35,163 nt of DNA from a virus. Its lineage: Duplodnaviria; Caudoviricetes. The notes below the pieces were generated by a model. The model saw only the letters and a program-made list of their open reading frames with translations, was not told the DNA's origin and ran no database searches. Below, piece after piece: positions 1-8,000 of this stretch (within the stretch, counting starts at the first letter, position 1; each line of letters begins with the position of its first letter). Location: positions 1 to 35,163 of IMG/VR virus record IMGVR_UViG_3300027835_000013. One strand, written 5' to 3'. The translations under genes and the position numbers were made by a program.

Positions 1-1
1 T

Positions 2-676
2 CGCTTTGTCTCAGGTATTCTTGTATCGGATGCTCCTGCTCCCAACCTGTTCAGAGCCTCGGCAGATGAGCGTCTACACTATAAAGATTCTACTCCAGTT
101 GACCATACTCTCGCGTACACTTCAGACAACTTGGGTGTGTTTGCGGCAACCACTTCAGCCCAACTTGCAGGCGTAATATCCGACGAGACGGGTAGTGGTG
201 CGCTAGTGTTCGGAACTTCTCCTATGTTGATTACTCCAACATTGGGCGTTGCTACTGCCACAAGTGTCAACAAATTAACAATAACAACTCCTACGACGAG
301 CGCAACGCTGACGATTGCTGACGGGAAAACCCTGACGGTAAATCAGAATTTCCCTGTTGATGTTGTGACACTGACTGATGGTGCTACCCCTGCGCTGGAC
401 GCTTCTCTAGGCAACGTATTCCTATTGACGGCGGCAGGGGATAGGACAATCGCAGTTCCTACCAACCCGACGAGTGGACAGAAGATTGTGATTGCTCATA
501 AAGCCTCCGGTGCTAATAGAACCCTCTCACTGAATAGTGGCGCGGGTGGATTTCGATTTGGCACAGACGTTACTGCTCTAACTATGACGACCTCCGGTAA
601 GACTGACTACGTTGGTTGTATATATAATAATGCCGACAATAAGTGGGACGTAGTAGCTTACGTAAAGGGCTACTAA
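2..676 (+). CDS. Fibre-like virion protein, 5'-truncated
   Basis: The frame of ORF 131..676 is open back to base 2 (RFVSGILVSDAPAPNLFRASADERLHYKDSTPVDHTLAY). It has the fibre-type segment SDETGSGALVFGTSP..TPTLG and a C-terminal beta domain. It shares the LFR..ADERLH...LAY repeat with 16597..17661. Confidence 0.75.
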   Translation, partial: RFVSGILVSDAPAPNLFRASADERLHYKDSTPVDHTLAYTSDNLGVFAATTSAQLAGVISDETGSGALVFGTSPMLITPTLGVATATSVNKLTITTPTTSATLTIADGKTLTVNQNFPVDVVTLTDGATPALDASLGNVFLLTAAGDRTIAVPTNPTSGQKIVIAHKASGANRTLSLNSGAGGFRFGTDVTALTMTTSGKTDYVGCIYNNADNKWDVVAYVKGY

Positions 677-678
677 AG

Positions 679-1107
679 ATGCCGATTTCTGCCAGTCTGA
701 AAGCAACGGCTAATGTGAAGCTTGATGATTTGGTCACGCAACTATCAATGCTACAGGCGACATATAAAGCAAAGAACGGAAAATATTGGCAGGGTCTTCC
801 GTGTACCGCAACTATCCCCGCAGATGGGGTGGCTGTAACTGTCAATAAAACGGTTAGACCTAGTGACCAACCTGAAAGTTGGAATAATCTCTACAAAAAT
901 GACGCAACTCCACCCCAAGATGTAGGGATTGCCCTGGATGCGACCCTCCCTGTGCAACTACGAGTTGACACATATGCAAGACCGAACGAAGCAGGGTATG
1001 TTGTCGTTGGGGAAGTTATAGAGAGTACGAGGACATACCAACGATGTATTAACGTCGGGCCGGATACTTACCGTTCCTACGATTGGACTGACGTAACATC
1101 TACGTAA
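679..1107 (+). CDS. Hypothetical phage protein
   Basis: ATG at 679 lies 2 nt after the upstream stop and is more plausible than the 643 start. It fills the gap between co-oriented genes. Confidence 0.65.
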   Translation: MPISASLKATANVKLDDLVTQLSMLQATYKAKNGKYWQGLPCTATIPADGVAVTVNKTVRPSDQPESWNNLYKNDATPPQDVGIALDATLPVQLRVDTYARPNEAGYVVVGEVIESTRTYQRCINVGPDTYRSYDWTDVTST

Positions 1108-1128
1108 CACCAAGGGGATAATGTATAC

Positions 1129-1893
1129 ATGGCTAAAGTCTTTCAAGTAGATACTGGTGGGACACTGACTACTGGCCTTATCTCCTATTGGCCTCTAGAG
1201 GAACCAAGTGGTCTAAGACCTGACTTCTTCGGCTCGAACGATTTGACGGACAATAACACCGTCACAGGAGCCGTCGGAAAAGTCAATAATGCCGCGCAAT
1301 TTACCAGAGCAAATGGAGAGTGGCTATCCCATGCAGACAACGCCTCACTGAGCATAAATGGTAGTAGTTTCTCTCTTGCGGGTTGGGTCTATTTAGACTC
1401 GAAACCTGCTGTCGCAAATATGACCATTTGTGCAAGGACAGGGCCAAACGGAAATACGCTTGGAGTGGGCGATAGGGAGTTCGATTTGCTTTATGTGGAT
1501 ACAGTTGGGAAATTCTATTTTCAGATTTATGATGGTAGTGGTCTTGCTGATGCAGTTCAGGCAACAACTTTTGGTGCTCCATCAACCGGAACATGGTACT
1601 TCCTGGTAGCTATACATGATATTGTGGCCCAGAAAATTTATATTTCTGTGAACAATGGAACATTGGATAGTACGTCTACAACAAAAACCACTATTGATAG
1701 TACCGCCGATTTCAGCCTAGGAAACAGGAATCAATTTGGGATAGGTGATGCCTGGGACGGGCGGGAGGATGAATTTGGATTATGGAAGAAAGTTCTGAGT
1801 GCTCAGGAAATCACTGACCTATATAATGGTGGGGTGGGACAGACAATGGTACTTTCCAGTACCGTCCACCGGATGTTCGCAATATTTGATTAA
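1129..1893 (+). CDS. LamG/concanavalin-A-like domain virion protein
   Basis: LamG-type motifs LISYWPLEE, FSLAGWVY, GTWYFLVAIHD, WDGREDEFGLWKKVLSAQEITDLYN. Paralog of the N-terminus of 29362..31323. Confidence 0.85.
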   Translation: MAKVFQVDTGGTLTTGLISYWPLEEPSGLRPDFFGSNDLTDNNTVTGAVGKVNNAAQFTRANGEWLSHADNASLSINGSSFSLAGWVYLDSKPAVANMTICARTGPNGNTLGVGDREFDLLYVDTVGKFYFQIYDGSGLADAVQATTFGAPSTGTWYFLVAIHDIVAQKIYISVNNGTLDSTSTTKTTIDSTADFSLGNRNQFGIGDAWDGREDEFGLWKKVLSAQEITDLYNGGVGQTMVLSSTVHRMFAIFD

Positions 1894-1913
1894 GACTGAG
1901 AGACTACTAACAT

Positions 1914-2198
1914 ATGAAGAAACAGACAGTAAGGAAAACCAGTCAAAAGAATCGGGATGAGGATGTTGAGTCTCGCCTAACCGCGTTAGAAACGGATATG
2001 GGATATGTCCGAGAACAGGTGGAAAATCACATCCCAACGACCCTCGCTGAACATGGAGTAATCCTAGAGAGCATCCAGCGCAAACTAGGAGATAGGGATG
2101 CAGTTTCTAAGTTTATCTCAATGTGCTTCAAGTTTGTTGGTGCACTAGCGGGGGTTGTTTGGTCAATCAAGGCGATATGGCCTGGACACCATGACTAA
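1914..2198 (+). CDS. Small coiled-coil protein with C-terminal membrane helix (holin/XhlA-like)
   Basis: Basic N-terminus, heptad-like VESRLTALETDMGYVREQV, hydrophobic C-terminal FKFVGALAGVVWSI. Confidence 0.5.
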   Translation: MKKQTVRKTSQKNRDEDVESRLTALETDMGYVREQVENHIPTTLAEHGVILESIQRKLGDRDAVSKFISMCFKFVGALAGVVWSIKAIWPGHHD

Positions 2199-2487
2199 AG
2201 AATTACTGTTATCGTTTAGGGATACCCTCTCCTCCCTGAGCTTAATGTTAAAAGGGGCGCTCGGAGATGATGTACCCGCCCTAGACCCTACCGCAGATAC
2301 GTCTACGCGCCCCCCTAGTACGCAGGGAAGGATACCCAAGGGTCAGGATACCCCCCCACCCAAGAACAGGTCAAAGGACACCGTTTTTGGTCAAAAGCAT
2401 CTACCTCCAACTCGAAGGGTTCCGAGCACAGAGCCGGAAAACCAAGTACGACAGGATGCGGCCTACCACTTCGGCAGCGAAGTATAA
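2191..2487 (+). CDS. Hypothetical Pro/Thr-rich protein
   Basis: ATG at 2191 overlaps the end of the upstream gene (ATGACTAA) and the ORF fills the gap. No recognisable motif. Confidence 0.4.
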   Translation: MTKELLLSFRDTLSSLSLMLKGALGDDVPALDPTADTSTRPPSTQGRIPKGQDTPPPKNRSKDTVFGQKHLPPTRRVPSTEPENQVRQDAAYHFGSEV

Positions 2488-2503
2488 CATTAAGGAGAGT
2501 CCC

Positions 2504-2896
2504 ATGCGAACGACTCTCGCGCAACATCTGGTAACTCTCATTCAAAAATGGGCCGCGAATCTCGGAATATCCGACTACAAGTATGATTTCACCCTACATC
2601 CCGACAAGGTGATGGGGAGTGATTATGCGAGAGTCGATACGAACGACGTAACTAGAGATGTTATTATAGAATTCAATCGCCATAAACTGACTCAAGAACC
2701 CGACGAAATAGAATCCACCGTTGTCCATGAATTGCTCCATGTACGCGTCAACGAGTATGCTGAATTTATCTTGGACGTGATTCGTACCTACGTCAACGAC
2801 CCCAAAACCAAAAAACTCCTCCAGAAGCAGGCAGAAAAACTTGAACACAAAACTATCGTGTCTATTACGGATGCACTCCTAAAGGAGAAGAAGTAA
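2504..2896 (+). CDS. Small zincin-type (HEXXH) metallopeptidase-like protein
   Basis: TVVHELLH motif with a downstream LEH. SD TAAGGAG at 2491-2497 favours ATG 2504 over the longer ORF-track start. Confidence 0.7.
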   Translation: MRTTLAQHLVTLIQKWAANLGISDYKYDFTLHPDKVMGSDYARVDTNDVTRDVIIEFNRHKLTQEPDEIESTVVHELLHVRVNEYAEFILDVIRTYVNDPKTKKLLQKQAEKLEHKTIVSITDALLKEKK

Positions 2897-4773
2897 TGCC
2901 TTTATTTGGAATCGACCCTTTCAACATCAAACTGTTCAAGAAATTGGGGACAACTGTTCCCGAAGTCCTTATCAAGCGGGGCGCAGACCGTCCCGAACCT
3001 CAACCCAGAAAAGGACTATGGGGACTCTTTGGTGGGAACACTGTCAATAAGCGCCAGCAACGCGCATACACGGTGAATGGCGAAAGCCTTGCTCGTCTTG
3101 CCAAAACTGACCCCGTAACAGGTTCCATTATTCGGACTATCAAATCCTTCGTGAATCAGGCCAAGTGGGACATCGAGGTAGATACTGAAGTATTTGAGGC
3201 AGAACTGAACCGTTGGGAAGAGTATGCTCTCTCTCATTTGTCCCCTTATGCCATAGGGGATTTAGAAGACTTCAAGAGCGAGAAACTTGACCCCAAGATT
3301 ATGTCAGATGCGAATTCTCGGCTCAAGGCCATTATGAAAGAGCCAACTGACTTCTCGGAGAAGAATAAGGCAATTCAATGGTATTTCTCTTCCGTCGTCC
3401 GACAGGTAAAAACGGAGGCTGAAGCGCATAGATGGCCTGTGAAAGCTATCTTCGAGCGACCTTCCGAGCGTGGAACAGAGCCGAACCTCCGCACTCTTCA
3501 GGACATTCTACTGAATGATATGCTTGTCCACGATGCGGGCTGTCTCGTCAAGAACTGGAATCGGGGAGGCGAACTCGCAGAACTCTACCCCATCCCAGGA
3601 AAATCGGTCAGGCGATATTTGAATCCCGATAAGACAATCCCCGAACCACCTGAGCCTGCCTACGTCTGGGAAGATGGCGGAATCATCAGAGCCGAATATT
3701 CCAGAGATGAACTTGTGTATATTGTAGGGAATCCCCAGAATGACGGATATGGGTTTTCACCTGTCGAATCGGCCTGGTACATCATCACGGCATCCATCTA
3801 CGCCGACGAATATAACATTGATTATTTCAAGAATTCGAATGTTCCTCCAGGGGTCTTCGACCTCGGAAAAGATGTAACCGAAGAGCAACGAAATCTCTTC
3901 CAACAGATGTGGGATAATGAGGTTCGTGGTCGTGGAGGACTTCATCGGATGCTGTTCATCAGTGGGTCAGAAAATCCTAAGTTCATGCCGATGCGGGATA
4001 TGTCCAACCGCGATATGCAGATGATGGAATATATGAAGTGGACAGTTGCTATTAAGACATCATGTTTCGGACTCTCCCCGCAGGACATTGGGTTCATGCA
4101 GGAATCTGGTGGTCTTGGTGGGGGTGGGGTCGCAAAAACACAAAAAGGACTATCTCACTCTAGGGGTATCCAGACCCTTTTGAGTCTCCTCGAACAATAT
4201 TATAATAGTGGAATCGTCAAGCAGGAGTTTAAGTTTGACGACGTGAAGTTCGTTTGGAAAGATATAGATGTCATGGACGAGGAGAAGGAATCGACAATTG
4301 ATTCCCAGGATATCACAAATGGTGTTCTTGCTAGAAATGACCGCCGAAAGAAGCTCGGACTCAAGCCAATTGAAGGCGGTAATGTTGCTACTGTAACAAT
4401 GGCAGGACAACTTATTCCTGTGTCTGAACTTCAGCAGTATGAGGAAGGGCGCGAGGACATTGAAGAACAAGCCTCAAACGCCGCTGGAGGCGCACCCCAG
4501 GACTTATCACAAACTCCTCAACCTGGAAGTCAAACAGCCCAGGATGTACAAGACTCTAATGCTCCTCCGGCTCAATCGTCCACAGGACAACCGCCTGCCC
4601 AAAAGCCGTCTGAACCAGTACAAAAAACTCCAGACTCAAACATCAATCTCCTAATCAACCGAAGGAAACCTATCAAGAAACAGCATGAAGACCTTGATGC
4701 TGTTGTGAAGGAACTTCAAGCAAAAGGGATTGATGCGACCCTTCGTATAGGTTTCGACGATGCACAAAAATAG
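2896..4773 (+). CDS. Phage portal protein (HK97-like family)
   Basis: Portal motifs ELYPIPG, YGFSPVESA, YFKNSNVPPG, DMQMMEY, FGLSPQDIG, NDRRKKLGLKPIEGG. Located at the start of the head module. Confidence 0.92.
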   Translation: MPLFGIDPFNIKLFKKLGTTVPEVLIKRGADRPEPQPRKGLWGLFGGNTVNKRQQRAYTVNGESLARLAKTDPVTGSIIRTIKSFVNQAKWDIEVDTEVFEAELNRWEEYALSHLSPYAIGDLEDFKSEKLDPKIMSDANSRLKAIMKEPTDFSEKNKAIQWYFSSVVRQVKTEAEAHRWPVKAIFERPSERGTEPNLRTLQDILLNDMLVHDAGCLVKNWNRGGELAELYPIPGKSVRRYLNPDKTIPEPPEPAYVWEDGGIIRAEYSRDELVYIVGNPQNDGYGFSPVESAWYIITASIYADEYNIDYFKNSNVPPGVFDLGKDVTEEQRNLFQQMWDNEVRGRGGLHRMLFISGSENPKFMPMRDMSNRDMQMMEYMKWTVAIKTSCFGLSPQDIGFMQESGGLGGGGVAKTQKGLSHSRGIQTLLSLLEQYYNSGIVKQEFKFDDVKFVWKDIDVMDEEKESTIDSQDITNGVLARNDRRKKLGLKPIEGGNVATVTMAGQLIPVSELQQYEEGREDIEEQASNAAGGAPQDLSQTPQPGSQTAQDVQDSNAPPAQSSTGQPPAQKPSEPVQKTPDSNINLLINRRKPIKKQHEDLDAVVKELQAKGIDATLRIGFDDAQK

Positions 4774-5092
4774 GGAAGGAAAAGATTGGAAACCGGACTA
4801 TATTCAAACCATTTGTGATAGCTGTAGCGAGCTAGTCCAGGTGAAGGTCGATTTTATAGTCCGGCTCGATGACGGAATAAGCTACCAGGGGCTTATTTGT
4901 CCTCGTTGCGGAAATGTTCTCATTCTCGACAATCTCGCATTGCAATTTTTCATGCTTCCAAGAGCCAAGGGGAATAAGCCGACTCCCCACTCCAAGAAGA
5001 CCGCGAAGCGAAAATGGAAAATTATAAACAAGGGAAAGCTCCCGCCCGATGCAAGTACGTCTGGAAACACCACAGCCCCTAGAAAAACTTAG
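4760..5092 (+). CDS. Small zinc-ribbon protein
   Basis: CDSC...CPRCG cysteine pairs and a basic tail. Overlaps both neighbours. Confidence 0.55.
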   Translation: MHKNREGKDWKPDYIQTICDSCSELVQVKVDFIVRLDDGISYQGLICPRCGNVLILDNLALQFFMLPRAKGNKPTPHSKKTAKRKWKIINKGKLPPDASTSGNTTAPRKT

Positions 5093-8000
5093 AAAGATAT
5101 ACAAAGATAACGTCACGTTCATCTCTAGTGTCAACTCATATCCGTTGGTTGACACTTTAGAGTTTAAGGGGGACTATCTTTCCGCTATGAAAAAGCGGTC
5201 TGTACCTGTTAAGATTGGGAAGAAGGTAGATAAGGAGATTGCTAAGTACAGGAGCCGACTTACAAAGATATGGGATGCAAACCAAGCAGACTTCCTCAAA
5301 TCAATTACGCTGGATGGACTCAAAAAATCATTGAACAAAGCCGACGATACTTCACTTGAAGAAATAGCCCAAGAGCCGGATTCCAAAGAACGAACAAAGA
5401 AATATCGACAATACTTGCTTGACCACAAAGACGAAATTATCCGCTCAGGAACGAAAGAACTCAAGGAAGACCTCCGCAATGTGACTTCACTGTCGTTTAC
5501 GTCGGTCTACCTCCTTGGGAAAAATCGTGGACAGGCAATGACAAATCAAGAACTCTCCGATGACCTCACAAAAAAGGATAGAGATACCCTCGACGAAAAA
5601 GAACAGTGGAACGACGATTACTTAGACGGTCTTACGGATGACTTGTACAACAACTACGTCGATGCCTTGGGTGAGGATTATGATAGCGATGATGAATTGC
5701 TCGACACCTTAAAAGGAGTTGGAGATAGTGAGAGGAGTCGTCTACCACTTTTCGCCGCCGCTGTAGGGAGCGTTCTGCTCGCCGCAGGAATGAGAAGCGC
5801 GGCAGACGACGTAAGACAGGTAGACCCAGAGACCGGAGAATTAACAGACGAACCTGTGCTCGACCCCGATACCGACCTGCCAATTGGAGACGTGATTACG
5901 GGAGGTGTATGGCATACCTCTCAAGATGATAGTGTTTGTGATGGGTGTGACGACGAAGACGGACAATGGATGACTTGGGATGAATTCGAGCAGGAAGCAG
6001 GGACGAATGATTGTCTGACCCGATGCCGTTGCATTGAACTCTTTGAGCCTTCGGATGAGCCACAGGATGAGGAAAAATCTGTGAAGTCCGGCTCCCTCAC
6101 TAAACAAGATGAACACAAGAAAAATACCATAGCTGTAGACCTTGACGGAACACTCCTCGAAACTGGAACTGCTGATGAGCCATTAGGTAAACCAAAACCA
6201 GGGGCTAAAGAAGTTCTACAACGATTGAAGGATGAAGGCTACACAATCGTTATCTATACTTCTAAGGCCGGATACACACGAATTTCGAACCACCTGAAGG
6301 CTTACGGGATACCATTTGACCACATCAACATCAACCCAGATGAACCTTACATCGTTGGCTCAAATCTCGGAAAGCCGTCTGCGGAAGCCTACATTGATAA
6401 CCGCGCTTTGGAGTTCAAAGGCGATTGGGAAGTGGTGTACCAAGAACTTAAAAGGCGTGGTGGAAACCCCCTGGCGAAGATTGCCCCGACAACAATTAGT
6501 CGAGATATTGAGCGAGTTAAGGAGATACATGGTAGCAAACTCGATGACAAGTTTCTCCAAGTCCAGGCAAAACGAGCCGATGAACTTAGAGACCTACACT
6601 CAGACATTACCCAACGTATCGTAACCGACTTACGAACACTCCTTCCGAACGCCGATATCTCATCTCGTACTAAGACCCGTTACAGTATGGTTGAGAAGCT
6701 TGGGCGCAAGGACAAATACAAATCCGTCGATGACATCAAAGACATTACCGGAATTCGTATTATCGTTAATCATCTTGATGACATTACGATTGATGGTGGG
6801 GTGATTGACGCTATTAGGGGCAAATATAATGTGGTTGAACAACAGAATTACATCGACCATCCACAGCCAAACGGCTACCGTAGTTACCACTTGACCATAA
6901 AAGATGCCGAGACTGGACGCCCTGTAGAAATACAGGTGCGTACCAAGAACCAGGATGCTTGGGCCTTGTGGTCATATGACTTGACCTACAAACCTAAATC
7001 TAAGACTTTCCAAGAACTAAGTCTTGCCGACAAAGAAACTGTTAGGCAATATCAATCTGATGTGTCGGATTATCTGTACACGCTCGACCAGGATAGGACA
7101 GCTACAAAGCCGGAATGTCCAGACCTCATTACACAGGTCGTAAAATGCTTTGGGGAAGTGACAAAAGGTGGGGCTGGCTCTGGTTCTTGGGAAGGGCAAG
7201 GACAACCGCGCTTCCAGTGGACACAGGCTCAGAAGCCCGAACAGGCAGGAATCCGACAACTAGAGGAACCTGGTCGTCAACTTGCCTCCCGCGCCCAGGA
7301 AGCTGAGAAAAAGATTACACCTTTAATTGATAAGCTTGCGCTCACAATGGATGGAACTATTCGGGGCAGGGAATACCGACTAAAGACAGAGGAATCTCTC
7401 TTGAGAAAAATGAATGAGGCGTATCTAGCAAACCCCGCTCTCGAACCCGACAAAGTAGCCAGTGACATCAAAGACTCAGTACGGTACACGATGGAATTTC
7501 CAGATAACACCTACACCATGAAGGTGAGTGAATCGCTTGACGCACTTCAAAAAGAAGGCCACACTCCGGTAAAGGCGAAGAACTATTGGGAGCAAGACGA
7601 CCCCTACCAAGGTATCAACGTCACCATGAAATCCCCCGAAGGACATCTCTGGGAACTCCAGTTCCACACTCCAGAAAGCTATGACCTCAAGCAAAACAAA
7701 ACCCATCCAGTCTATGAACAATTCCGAGTAAGTCCTAGTCCCGTCGAACGGAAATCCCTCTATGATACGATGGTACGAATGGCATCTACAGTAGCCGCCC
7801 CCGCAGGCGTCATGGCACTTGGGGAACTGGCCCGACAGATGATGAAAGCTGTGGCCGAGGGCGCACGATATTTTGCTATCCGACCAGATTTTAATGATGT
7901 GACCTCTGGATTGATTCGCCTTCGTGATGAAAAATCTGGAATGGTCATTGAATACCTTAATCGCAAGGGAGTATGGGTTCCTGACCCTGAACTTCTTTCC

